The notes below the pieces were generated by a model. That model ran no database searches, had not been told where the DNA came from, and saw only the letters and a list, made by a program, of their open reading frames with translations. From Phycisphaeraceae bacterium (GTDB lineage Bacteria; Planctomycetota; Phycisphaerae; Phycisphaerales; Phycisphaeraceae), in NCBI GenBank assembly GCA_963674705.1, contig OY771506.1, forward strand, positions 992,001 through 1,056,000: DNA of 64,000 nt, in the 5' to 3' direction. Shown here one piece after another: positions 47,639-57,516 of the stretch; within the stretch, counting starts at the first letter, position 1; each line of letters opens with the position of its first letter. A program made the translations under genes and the position numbers.

Positions 47639-49624
47639 ATGAAAACTTACAAGACCAACACGATGCTGACCGCTCTCGCCGCCTTGACCGTTGCCTGCCC
47701 CTCGCTTGCCGAAGCTCGCAACCGTAACCTCGCCACCACCGGTACCGTCACCGTAGTCGATCGTGAAGACATCGAACTCACCGGCACCACCAATGTGCAG
47801 GATGCACTGCGAAACACGCCCGGCATCGTTACCGATGCTTATGGCAACACCTACGGCACGAACAACGCCAATAACATCAACCTCCGTGGCCTGGGCAATG
47901 ATCGATCACTCACACTGCTTAATGGATGGCGCCAGGTTCCGAACTCGGTACTTTACGGCCCAACCGGTGAGTTCATCCCGAGCAATATCGAACGCGTCGA
48001 AGTTTTGCGCGGGCCCCTGGGCACTTTGTATGGCCGCGACAAGATCGATCTGAATCTGAGCGCCCCGTACAACACCAACTACGAAACCGAGACCATCAAT
48101 GACACCACGGGTTATGACGTCGGTGCGGGTTACTGGTACGACGATAGCGATGTGCGGATCAATCCCGGCGTCAACTTCGATCCTAAGGGGCTGGGTACGG
48201 CGGGCATCGATCCCACGATCCAGTACAACCCAGAAACCTGGGACACGACTGTCACCACGACAAACGAGTCGTGGATACCGACGACTGACACACCCACTAC
48301 GCCGGTTGAAACAACGACCACAACACCGACCGAGACAACGACTAATACAACGGCAAACACCACGAACACGGAAACCACGACACCCGCCAGTTCACCCTGC
48401 CCTTCGACGACGGCTAGTAACAACGAAACCGCTACGCCCACCGCGAACACGCCGACCAGCACCACGCCCAGCGTGAACTATGGAGACTACGGCAACTATG
48501 GCGGTTCGTACGGCGGGTACAACAATCCGTGCGACAAGATCAAAATCGACTGGGATAAGATCGCGGAAAACTATCAGCAGGACGCCGCCGACCAGGCGAC
48601 CGGCCTGATCCGCTACAGCCAGCCTAAGCCGTTCTTCGACTACCGCTACTACAACACCGCCAACGATGAACTCTACAACCGCCAAGTCATCGGCAACCAG
48701 TTGGCGGCTAGCGTGAACCTGTCGCAAAACGCCAACATCAGCGGCTGCTACGCCGGCCCCGGTTACGAATTCGGCCCGGGTGGGTATCCCGACCCGAATA
48801 AGCCGTACGTCGGCGGGAACGATGCATCCAAGACGTACTACCGCGTCGGCTATGACTTTCCTACGTTCCCGATCAATGACGGTGAAGGTTCGGATGACAC
48901 CGGTAGCGAAAAGGAAGAAACCACGACCAGTGCCACCAAGACCGAGCTGCCGCCGATCCCCGAGTACAGAACGACGGTCAGCCCGATCGATCTGAAAGAG
49001 ATGAGCGACCGCCAGTTAGAGCTTGAGATCAAGTATGGCCCAGGCCTTGTTGAATCCTATCAGCGCGAAGCTAAGGAACTGCGTGATGATGCGGAACGTT
49101 ACCGCAAGATCGCCCAGGACCGTCGTGATGCGGCCAAGCGAGCCCGCGCCGATGCCGAACGTGCCCGCAAAGAGGCCAAAACCAAGGACAGCCGTGAGTT
49201 CTGGGAACAGCAGGCCGAGGCGTACGGCGCGCATGCCGAGATACTGGAAGACGGTGCGAAGATCACGGACCACGCGGCCGACGATGCGGATGCCGCCGCC
49301 AAACGATACGAGCAGGATGCGGTGCAGACAGCGGAGAACCTTGGTCAAGCGGTGAACGAATACACCCATCGCCAAGGCATGAAGGTAGCGAAGGCCGCAC
49401 AGGAACACGCGGCGCAAGAAGCTGAGGCGGCAAGACTCGAGGCTGAAAGGCAGCGTGAATTGGATGAATTGATCCGTAGCTCGCAGCAAAACCCACAAAA
49501 CAACGACGCAGACAAACAGAGCAAATCAAACGGTAACCGGGATCGGACTTACCGTCCCGACGGGCGGGTACCTCGGCCCGGCGAAGAACCGCGTAATGAA
49601 ACCCTGCGCAAACTGCTTGAATAA
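47639..49624 (+). CDS. Secreted protein with TonB-dependent receptor plug domain, Thr-rich linker and coiled coil (no beta-barrel)
   Basis: AGGAG RBS; signal peptide; VTVVDREDI...QDALRNTPGI...INLRGLG...LLNG...IERVEVLRGP.GTLYG; then T-rich and A/E/R/K helical regions. Confidence 0.78.
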   Translation: MKTYKTNTMLTALAALTVACPSLAEARNRNLATTGTVTVVDREDIELTGTTNVQDALRNTPGIVTDAYGNTYGTNNANNINLRGLGNDRSLTLLNGWRQVPNSVLYGPTGEFIPSNIERVEVLRGPLGTLYGRDKIDLNLSAPYNTNYETETINDTTGYDVGAGYWYDDSDVRINPGVNFDPKGLGTAGIDPTIQYNPETWDTTVTTTNESWIPTTDTPTTPVETTTTTPTETTTNTTANTTNTETTTPASSPCPSTTASNNETATPTANTPTSTTPSVNYGDYGNYGGSYGGYNNPCDKIKIDWDKIAENYQQDAADQATGLIRYSQPKPFFDYRYYNTANDELYNRQVIGNQLAASVNLSQNANISGCYAGPGYEFGPGGYPDPNKPYVGGNDASKTYYRVGYDFPTFPINDGEGSDDTGSEKEETTTSATKTELPPIPEYRTTVSPIDLKEMSDRQLELEIKYGPGLVESYQREAKELRDDAERYRKIAQDRRDAAKRARADAERARKEAKTKDSREFWEQQAEAYGAHAEILEDGAKITDHAADDADAAAKRYEQDAVQTAENLGQAVNEYTHRQGMKVAKAAQEHAAQEAEAARLEAERQRELDELIRSSQQNPQNNDADKQSKSNGNRDRTYRPDGRVPRPGEEPRNETLRKLLE

Positions 49625-49909
49625 AATTGTTCGCCGCCCAGACGAGTAGAGATTGCCAGAAACCCATGGAGCACCGACTGGATCTGTGGGTGGGAAACCC
49701 TCTCACCATACCTGATAGTCATTAATCCAAAAATGAATCCTAGAAGGGGTTTAATGAGATTGACTGACCGGTCGATCGTCTGATGTGTCCGCCCCATTAA
49801 TGCCCGTAGATCATGATCTACGGGTATTTTCATTGCGCAAATGCCGCAACATACTCTTTCAATTTGCTGCTTGAGCCTTTACCATGGCCTGCCACATGAA
49901 AGGGCGATC

Positions 49910-50452
49910 ATGTTACAGCAAATCGATATTAAGTTGTGCATCGTGCTCCTCGCGCTGGGCGCGACGGTCACGGTGTGGGCGAAGGATGAAGACAAGACGG
50001 ATGATGCCAAAGCACCGCCCGAGTTGAGCGTGCAGATCAACGAAGCGGTCGTGCGCGGCGAACCCAGTTTCCTCTCACCCGTATCCGTAACATTGCGGTT
50101 CGGCGACAAGGTGAATCTGCTGGATGAAACCGAAGATTGGAGGAAGGTTCGCCCTGTTGAACAATACGTCGATGGTTGGATGCATGTCTCGGCGTTGACC
50201 GAGAAGAAGATCGTGATCGAGGCCGGGGAAAATGATGCGAATGTCGACGCCAGCAAACAGGAGCTTGTTTACGCCGGCCGAGGTTACAACCAGGAGGTCG
50301 AAGACAAGTTCCGTGAAGAACACGAAGACCTTGATCAAGCTTACAGTAAACTCGATCGGTTGTTAGCCGATCCGAGAGGCAAGGTGACGCGCGAGCAGAT
50401 CATGCGGTTTATGCGAGAGGGCGAACTCGATGGGAATGGGGGCGGGAGATGA
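49910..50452 (+). CDS. Secreted bacterial SH3-domain protein
   Basis: Signal peptide; AVVRGEPSFLS...LRFGDKV...DWRKV...GWMHVSAL. Confidence 0.72.
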   Translation: MLQQIDIKLCIVLLALGATVTVWAKDEDKTDDAKAPPELSVQINEAVVRGEPSFLSPVSVTLRFGDKVNLLDETEDWRKVRPVEQYVDGWMHVSALTEKKIVIEAGENDANVDASKQELVYAGRGYNQEVEDKFREEHEDLDQAYSKLDRLLADPRGKVTREQIMRFMREGELDGNGGGR

Positions 50453-51438
50453 AACGCTTGAATTTAATTACGAAGAAGATGGAGACGCCCTCACCCCGGC
50501 CCACTACCGGGGTGAGAGGAAGTAAGAGCAAAGCCACCCGGCGTTATCTTTTGTCGTGTGTGATAATCGTGTTTGTTTTCACGCAGCCCGGACGGTCACA
50601 GTTCAACATCGGGATCGGTGGGCGCGACAACGACGGGATACAGATCGATGTGTTCCGTGCGGCCGAGACGATCATGAGTGCGTCTGAAGCTCAGAAGAGC
50701 TTCACGTACGAGCAGGAGTATTACCTCGGCCGAGCCATCGCGGCAAACATTCTTTATCAGTATGAGCTATATGAAGAACCGGCAGCCAATCGCTACGTAA
50801 CACTCGTCGGCCAGACCGTTGCAGCCCATAGCGACATGCCACAGACGTTCGGGGGATATCGATTCCTGATCCTCGATAGTGATGAAGTCAACGCGCTGGC
50901 AGCGCCGGGCGGGATTATCTTTATCACACGCGGGATGTTGAGAGCCTGTGAAAACGAAGACCAGCTCGCGGCAGTGCTGGCACATGAGGTGGCGCATGTG
51001 CAATCACGTCACGGCGTGCAACTGATCAAAGACAGCCGATGGAAAAAGTTCGGGACCGAGGCGGTGTTCCTTTTCGCGGCCGGTGCCGGGGGAGACCTCG
51101 CGACGGCGGCGAATGTGTTCGGCGATATGGTTCAGGATGTGACGAATCAGATCCTGATCAAGGGATATGGTAAGAATCTGGAAAAGGAGGCTGACACCGA
51201 GGCACTGGTCATCCTGGAGCGAGTCGGCTACGAACCGCACGAAAGCATGGCACTGATGGAGAATATGCAAGAGCAATTGGTGAAGGGCCGAACGGACTTC
51301 ATCAAGACGCACCCCAAGCCTAAAGACCGGATCAAGACGATTGACAAGGCTCTAAACGATGAGCCGGAGTCCCAGGCGGTGCCGACGATACGCGTAAGTC
51401 GGTTCGAACAGGCGATCGGGGCCGCGAAGTCGCAGTAA
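50449..51438 (+). CDS. M48 family Zn metalloprotease
   Basis: QEYYLG, VNALAAPGG, LAAVLAHEVAH, EKEAD, THP...DRI. Confidence 0.9.
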   Translation: MKRLNLITKKMETPSPRPTTGVRGSKSKATRRYLLSCVIIVFVFTQPGRSQFNIGIGGRDNDGIQIDVFRAAETIMSASEAQKSFTYEQEYYLGRAIAANILYQYELYEEPAANRYVTLVGQTVAAHSDMPQTFGGYRFLILDSDEVNALAAPGGIIFITRGMLRACENEDQLAAVLAHEVAHVQSRHGVQLIKDSRWKKFGTEAVFLFAAGAGGDLATAANVFGDMVQDVTNQILIKGYGKNLEKEADTEALVILERVGYEPHESMALMENMQEQLVKGRTDFIKTHPKPKDRIKTIDKALNDEPESQAVPTIRVSRFEQAIGAAKSQ

Positions 51439-51467
51439 CAAGTACGATTCTGCCGACAAAAGAAGCT

Positions 51468-53627
51468 ATGGACACGCAACGCAAGCTGACCGCCGCATTG
51501 GTTATCGGTGCCTTGGCGGCGCTGTTGGCTTGGGCATTCAATCAGACGAACTGGCTGGACCCGTTCGAGGATATCACCTGGGACCGTCGCCAGATCGCGT
51601 TTGCCCAACCGGTAGGGCGTGATGTGCCGATCCGGCTGATCCTGCTGGACGAACAGAGCCTGGATTGGGCCAAGGGCGGGATGGGGATCCCGTGGCCCTG
51701 GCCGTATGAGTTGTACACGCCGATCTTCCAGTTCTGCAGAGACAGCGGCGCAAAGGCGATCGCGTTTGATGTGCAGTTTTATGACGCCGGGCGTTATGGG
51801 CCGTCAGACGACAGGAAGCTGTGTGAGATGGTAGCCGCAGGCAAGGACGTCGCCTTGGCTGTCGTGCCGGGGCAAGACCCGGCGGGTATCACCGCTTGGC
51901 CCGAGACGCTGGAACGACCCAATCTAAACGTGCCGGGCTTTGAAGAATACATCGCTACACATGGCATCGATGATCTGGTAACCGAGCGGTGCAGATTCTC
52001 TTTCGAACAGTTATCGCAGAGCGCGGCGATGCTTGGGCATGTCACACCCTTTGAATTGGATGCCGGGCAAGGCAAGAGCCAGGTGGTGCGGTGTGTAAGA
52101 CCCTTACTGCGATTTGATGGACAGAACATCCCCTCACTCGGGCTTGCGGCTTATTTAATTGGTGAAGATGCAACCGACACATTACGCATTGAAAACAATG
52201 TGCTTCACGTCGGCGATCATTCGATCCCGCTTGGAAGCGGCGGTCATGCGCTGTTGCGTTACCGCAAACCGCTCATGGCTAACAACGATCATCTCTATCG
52301 AAGCTACAGCGCGGCCGCGGTGATCCAATCTCACCTGCGGGTGTTGGCGGGCGAGGAGCCGACGATCAAGCCGGAAGAATTTAAGGATTGCTATGTGTTC
52401 TTCGGATTCAGCTCGCCGGGTTTGTATGACATCAAGCCGACACCGGTGACGCCGTTGAGCCCGGGCGTGGAGATGCACGCGACGCTGCTGGATAGTCTTA
52501 TAAACAGCGGGTATCTGGCAGAATCAAGCTGGTACAGCGTGTGGCTGTTTACGTTCTTTGTTTCGATCCTGGCGGCGGCTTGTGTGTTATGGGTTTCGGG
52601 GTGGGTGCGTGTGACGATTGTGTATGTGTTGTTCTTGCCTATCCCGGCGTTGGTTGGCTCGGTGTTATTTATAAACAACGCCGCCTGGCCGATCATCTGG
52701 CCGATGCTGGGCGTGAGTGTGGCACTGGTGGGCGCGACGATCTTCGACCTGGCGACCGAGGGGCGGCGACGCGCATTCATCAAACGAGCGTTCGGGCATT
52801 ACCTGAGCCCGGCCGTGATCGAAAAGGTGCTGGCAGACCCGACGCTGCTAAAACTTGGCGGCGAACGGCGTGAAGTGACCGTAATGTTCATCGACCTGGA
52901 AGGCTTCACGTCGATGGCGGAGAAGCTAGAACCAGACCAGGTATCGGGCTTGTTGAACGAATACCTCAGCCGAATGAGCGAAGCGATCCTGGAAGAGGAT
53001 GGGACAGTAGATAAATTCGAAGGCGACGCGGTGATGGCGTTCTGGAACGCGCCGCTGGATCAACCGGATCATGCGCTGCGTGCGTGCCGGGCGGCGCTGA
53101 AGTGCAAAGAGAAGGTTGTGGGATTGCGTCGGTTGTGGTTTGAAAAGACGGGCAAGGAACCGCGGATCCGGATCGGGATCCACAGTGGTGAATGCATCGT
53201 CGGAAACATGGGCGCGAAGCAGCGTTTCGATTACACCGTGTTGGGGGATACCGCGAATCTGGCATCACGTCTGGAGGGTGTGAACAAGGTGTTCGGCACG
53301 ACGATCCTGGTGTCCAGCCAGACGTGGGAAGAAGTCGGCGATGCGTTGGCGGGGCGTGGGATTGCACGTGTGCTGGTTGCCGGACGCAAAGAACCGGTGA
53401 TTGTAATCGAGCCTTACGGGACCGATCCTAATGTGCCCCACTCGACGGGTGAGGCATTCGATGAGGCTTTATCGTTCTGCGAACAGGGCCGATATGTCGA
53501 TGCGATGCACCGCTTCCATAAACTGAGCCAAGACCCGGTTTCGCGTATTTATGCCGAACATTTAGCTGAGATTCTCAAGATGCCGGAGCCGGCTTGGGAC
53601 GGTATCTGGCATCTGACAAGTAAGTGA
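51468..53627 (+). CDS. CHASE2-domain adenylate/guanylate cyclase (class III)
   Basis: LDEQSL, WPWP, AIAFDV, PGVEMHA, 3 TMs, FIDLEGFT, DKFEGDAVMAFW, DYTVLGDTANLASRLEG. Confidence 0.92.
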   Translation: MDTQRKLTAALVIGALAALLAWAFNQTNWLDPFEDITWDRRQIAFAQPVGRDVPIRLILLDEQSLDWAKGGMGIPWPWPYELYTPIFQFCRDSGAKAIAFDVQFYDAGRYGPSDDRKLCEMVAAGKDVALAVVPGQDPAGITAWPETLERPNLNVPGFEEYIATHGIDDLVTERCRFSFEQLSQSAAMLGHVTPFELDAGQGKSQVVRCVRPLLRFDGQNIPSLGLAAYLIGEDATDTLRIENNVLHVGDHSIPLGSGGHALLRYRKPLMANNDHLYRSYSAAAVIQSHLRVLAGEEPTIKPEEFKDCYVFFGFSSPGLYDIKPTPVTPLSPGVEMHATLLDSLINSGYLAESSWYSVWLFTFFVSILAAACVLWVSGWVRVTIVYVLFLPIPALVGSVLFINNAAWPIIWPMLGVSVALVGATIFDLATEGRRRAFIKRAFGHYLSPAVIEKVLADPTLLKLGGERREVTVMFIDLEGFTSMAEKLEPDQVSGLLNEYLSRMSEAILEEDGTVDKFEGDAVMAFWNAPLDQPDHALRACRAALKCKEKVVGLRRLWFEKTGKEPRIRIGIHSGECIVGNMGAKQRFDYTVLGDTANLASRLEGVNKVFGTTILVSSQTWEEVGDALAGRGIARVLVAGRKEPVIVIEPYGTDPNVPHSTGEAFDEALSFCEQGRYVDAMHRFHKLSQDPVSRIYAEHLAEILKMPEPAWDGIWHLTSK

Positions 53628-53854
53628 AAATGGGTGTCATCGTGCCATAAAAAAGCATAATTCAGGAAAGCATTACAGCATTTTCAATACAATAAATAAG
53701 TATTTCCCCTGATAAAAATAAGGGGTATAAAAAAGTCCACAAAAACGCCTATTATCATACCAAATAATGGTTTACAGACACGTATTATCATATTTGTTAT
53801 TTTTGTGTTAGGTGTTTTTGGAGATTATAGCGTATCTAGATAAGCCAGATGGGG

Positions 53855-53882
53855 TTGACCTTGGTATTTCGAGTGATAATAT
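53855..53882 (+). promoter_or_regulatory. Sigma70-type promoter candidate
   Basis: TTGACC-16nt-TAATAT with an extended TG. Confidence 0.45.
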
Positions 53883-53887
53883 ACGAC

Positions 53888-53998
53888 TGTTGCGAGTGAG
53901 TGATGAAAAACAACACACGCAGCTAGCCAGAAACTGGCTAACAAACATTGCCCCCGGAAAGGCTCGGCTTGGACTTCGGTTCTCGCCGGGCCTTTTTA
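53888..53998 (+). ncRNA. Candidate small RNA (or 7-codon mini-ORF transcript)
   Basis: Lies between the promoter candidate and the terminator aaaggctcggc...gccgggccttttt; internal hairpin tagccag-aaa-ctggcta. Confidence 0.3.
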
Positions 53999-54111
53999 AT
54001 TTCTTGTAAACCAAGGCTTAACCATTTGTAATTACAAATTTATTGATAAATCATTTAGATATATTTCCCCAAGCCGGTTGGCGCGAGGTGTCTGGCGGCT
54101 CAGAATGCGCC

Positions 54112-54489
54112 TTAGGGCAAATAGGCTGCGATACATCCCGACGCTTCTCCCAGCCGAACTTCATCGAGCGTCACTGCTATGGGAAGTTGTGGCTTGATTG
54201 CCCGGGCTATCTGCTCGGCAACACGCTCGGCGCTGGGATTGATGGATTCATTGGCAAACGGCGGGACATCGTTAAGGTGCTGTCTGTGCCAGGGGCCTAT
54301 CACATCCGCGACGATTCTCTCTAATTCGTGGAAGTCCATGACACAATCCATATCGTCCAGTTGATCGCAGCGTACGGTGACGGTGACAGGCCAGTCGTGG
54401 CTATGCGTGGTTTCGTAACTGCCATCGGGCAGGCGCAGGGCGTGGCTGGCGGTGAAGGTGGTTTCAATAGTCGCCCGGTAGGTTGGCAT
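54112..54489 (-). CDS. queD: 6-carboxytetrahydropterin synthase (QueD/PTPS family)
   Basis: [36 protein letters not shown]. Confidence 0.82.
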   Translation of the reverse strand: MPTYRATIETTFTASHALRLPDGSYETTHSHDWPVTVTVRCDQLDDMDCVMDFHELERIVADVIGPWHRQHLNDVPPFANESINPSAERVAEQIARAIKPQLPIAVTLDEVRLGEASGCIAAYLP

Positions 54490-54545
54490 ACGGGCATTCT
54501 ATACGCGCTGGCCGGGTCCGTGCGGTGGGCCTACACTTGCTTTCT

Positions 54546-56534
54546 ATGGCTGAAGTAACAACCGAACAAACAGAGCTCATCATCGGGATCGACCTGGGTA
54601 CGACCAACTCCCTTGCGGCTTATTGCGATGAGCGTGGACCCCGGATTCTGGAAGGGCCTGGCGGCCAGCGGCTGCTGCCGAGTGTGGTTCGCTATGCCGA
54701 GGGCGATGGCTCTGTCGAAGCGATCGGCCGCGATGCCCGGCTGCACGCGGTCGAGTACCCCCTCAACACGATCTTCAGCGCCAAAAGGCTGATGGGCCGA
54801 TCAGTGGCGGATGTCGGCGATGAAGTGGATTACCTGCCGTATGAAGTTGTTGAGGGCGAGCAAAATACAGCCCGCGTGAAAGTCGGCGAGAAGCTGATCA
54901 GCCCGCAGGAAGTCAGCGCGGTGGTGCTTGGCGAGTTACGCCGATGGGCGGAAGGTGCGCTGGGTAAACCGGTGCGTAAGGCCGTCGTGACGGTGCCGGC
55001 CTATTTCGATGATGCGCAGCGGCAGGCGACGCGTGATGCGGGGCGGATCGCGGGTATCGAGGTTGTGCGTATCGTGAATGAGCCGACGGCGGCGGCGCTG
55101 GCGTATGGCTTGGGATTGGGGGTTGGGGATTCGGGATTAGGGAAAAAACAAGCGGATGGCTCTATTTCCCTTAGCACCAAACTGAATCCGGAGAAGTGTA
55201 GCAGCGAGGCCCAATCCCCAACCCCCAGCCCCCAATCCCCAGGTTCACAGACCGTCGCGGTATTCGACCTCGGCGGTGGGACGTTTGACGTATCGATCCT
55301 TCGCTTGATGCAGACGGATAACGGACGTGTGGATCAGGTGTTGTCGACATCGGGCGATACGCATTTAGGGGGCGATGATGTTGACCGCATGATTGTCGAA
55401 CTGATCCAGAAGGAAGTGCGCGAACAGTTCGGCGAGCAGATATCGTTCCCTGCTTCGACACGTCAAGCGTTCCGCAACTTTGCCGAGGTGACGAAGGTCC
55501 GCTTATCACAGGAAGATGAAGCCCGTGTCGAGGTGGATCTTGGTGCGGATAGCGAGGGTAAGCCTCGCGTGTATCAGCGAACGCTGACGCGCGATGCGTT
55601 TGAAGCGATGATCGGGGCCTGGGTTGATAAGACGATTAGCTGTTGTGAGCAGGCGCTGCGTGGGGCGAAGTTAAGTACAGAGGATATCGGGCGGGTCGTG
55701 ATGGTCGGTGGATCGACGCGCATTCCGCTGGTTCGTCAACGTGTGGGTGAATTCTTCGAGACCGAGCCGTATACAGCGCTGAATCCGGATGAGGTGGTGG
55801 CACTCGGTGCTGCGGTGCAGGGATCGATCCTGGCCGGGGTGAATCGCGACATGCTGTTACTGGATGTGATCCCGTTGAGCCTGGGGATCGAGACGATGGG
55901 CGGCGCGGTGTCAAAGCTCATCATGGCAAACTCGACGATCCCCGCGCAGGCGACGGAGATGTTCACGACATATGCCGACAACCAGACGGGTATCAAGGTG
56001 CACGTCCTGCAGGGCGAACGCGAACTGGTTGGTGATTGTCGATCGCTTGGTGAGTTTGAGTTGAAAGGTATTCCCCCGATGCCCGCGGGTTTGCCGAAAG
56101 TCGAAGTAACGTTCCTGGTCGACGCCAACGGCGTATTGAACGTGCAGGCTGTTGAAAAGCGCAGCGAGAAGCGGGCGTCAATCCAGATCGTGCCGAACCA
56201 CGGGCTGACGCGCGAAGAGGTCGATCAGATGGAGATTGCGTCGTACGCACATGCGGCCGAGGACATGCTGGCGCATCGTCTGATCGACTTGCGTAATCAG
56301 GCACGCTTGGACATGCGTGCGATCGAGAAGCAGTTGGCGAAGGTCGGCGACGAATTGGATGCCGAATACAAGGCCGAAGTAGAAGCGAAGGTCGCCGCGG
56401 TAAAAGCGATGGCTGACGCGCCGGATGTGAATGCTGATAGGTTCCACGAAGCATTGAATGCGATGGACAAATCGACGGTGCGTCTGGCGGAGATGGCGAT
56501 CGCGAAGACGTTGCGCGAAGAGCAGGAAGGGTAG
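54546..56534 (+). CDS. hscA: Hsp70 chaperone, HscA-like, with an in-frame repeat insertion
   Basis: [70 protein letters not shown]. Hsp70 is certain; the HscA subfamily call is less so. Confidence 0.7.
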   Translation: MAEVTTEQTELIIGIDLGTTNSLAAYCDERGPRILEGPGGQRLLPSVVRYAEGDGSVEAIGRDARLHAVEYPLNTIFSAKRLMGRSVADVGDEVDYLPYEVVEGEQNTARVKVGEKLISPQEVSAVVLGELRRWAEGALGKPVRKAVVTVPAYFDDAQRQATRDAGRIAGIEVVRIVNEPTAAALAYGLGLGVGDSGLGKKQADGSISLSTKLNPEKCSSEAQSPTPSPQSPGSQTVAVFDLGGGTFDVSILRLMQTDNGRVDQVLSTSGDTHLGGDDVDRMIVELIQKEVREQFGEQISFPASTRQAFRNFAEVTKVRLSQEDEARVEVDLGADSEGKPRVYQRTLTRDAFEAMIGAWVDKTISCCEQALRGAKLSTEDIGRVVMVGGSTRIPLVRQRVGEFFETEPYTALNPDEVVALGAAVQGSILAGVNRDMLLLDVIPLSLGIETMGGAVSKLIMANSTIPAQATEMFTTYADNQTGIKVHVLQGERELVGDCRSLGEFELKGIPPMPAGLPKVEVTFLVDANGVLNVQAVEKRSEKRASIQIVPNHGLTREEVDQMEIASYAHAAEDMLAHRLIDLRNQARLDMRAIEKQLAKVGDELDAEYKAEVEAKVAAVKAMADAPDVNADRFHEALNAMDKSTVRLAEMAIAKTLREEQEG

Positions 56535-56546
56535 AAAACAAAGAGC

Positions 56547-56636
56547 TTTAGCCACAGATGAACACGGATAAACACAGATAAAAGAAGAAGGCTATATGTA
56601 TTCAGCATCTGTGTTAATCCGAGTTCATCTGTGTCT
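56547..56636. repeat. MITE-like inverted repeat with 10-bp periodic arms (family 2)
   Basis: ccacagatgaacacggataaacacagat ... atctgtgttaatccgagttcatctgtg; sister copy at 63152-63266. Confidence 0.78.
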
Positions 56637-56680
56637 GTTTGTTTTTCGGCATGTGTCGCCGCAAACATCATGGATCGTTT

Positions 56681-57502
56681 ATGTCAGATTTAATCCGTGT
56701 TGAACATGAGAATGGGTTGGTGACGTACGAGTCGCTTTTGCTGCGTACGGCGGGTGTGCCGCATGCGTTTACGACGCGGTTGGGCGGGGTGAGTCCAGCC
56801 CCTTACGATTCATTAAACCTTGCGGCCATGGTGAATGATCCCGATGCGGACAACAGCAAGAATGTGGCCGCCAACTTCCGGAAGATACGTCAGGTAATCG
56901 GTTGCCGAAGACACATCCGGGCGCAGGTAAACCAGGTGCATGGTTGTGCTGTATGGCACCCCCCTACCGAGCCGGTAAAGCCTGTGGATGCACCGCGCGC
57001 CGATGCAATTGCGACGGATAAGCCGGGGTTGCTGCTGATGGTGCGTGTAGCGGATTGCGTGCCGGTATTGCTGGCCTCCAAAGACGGACGCGTGGCGTCG
57101 GCTGTACACGCGGGCTGGCGTGGGATTATCGCCGGTATCGTCACCGAGGCAGTGCGCGAGTTAATAAGCCTCGGCAAGCTACGCACACAAGACATCGTTG
57201 CCGCGATCGGCCCCTGTATCAGCGTGAATCACTTTGAAGTCGGTGGCGAGGTTGTCGATGCGTTCGATAATGCGCGATTGAGCGATGCGATTAATCGCGA
57301 TGGTTTTGCCAAACCGCATATCGATCTACCGAAAGCTGTCGCAACACAGTTGAAGACCGCAGGTTTAAACGAGGAGCAGATCGACCGTACGGACCGCTGC
57401 ACGTATACCCTTGCCGACGAGTTTTTCAGTCATCGCCGGGATAACGGACGAACCGGGCGGCAAGCGGCACTGATCGCGGTGCGTAGCGGGCCCGGGGTCT
57501 AG
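56681..57502 (+). CDS. pgeF: PgeF/YfiH laccase-domain protein
   Basis: HAFTTRLGGVS, SLNL, QVHG, ADCVPVLL, HAGWRG, IGPCI, FFSHRR. Confidence 0.9.
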   Translation: MSDLIRVEHENGLVTYESLLLRTAGVPHAFTTRLGGVSPAPYDSLNLAAMVNDPDADNSKNVAANFRKIRQVIGCRRHIRAQVNQVHGCAVWHPPTEPVKPVDAPRADAIATDKPGLLLMVRVADCVPVLLASKDGRVASAVHAGWRGIIAGIVTEAVRELISLGKLRTQDIVAAIGPCISVNHFEVGGEVVDAFDNARLSDAINRDGFAKPHIDLPKAVATQLKTAGLNEEQIDRTDRCTYTLADEFFSHRRDNGRTGRQAALIAVRSGPGV

Positions 57503-57516
57503 GGTCTTGGGTCTGG

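Noticed and set aside
53630..54110. AT-rich region as oriC
   Set aside because: No cluster of TTATCCACA-like DnaA boxes and no dnaA/dnaN nearby.
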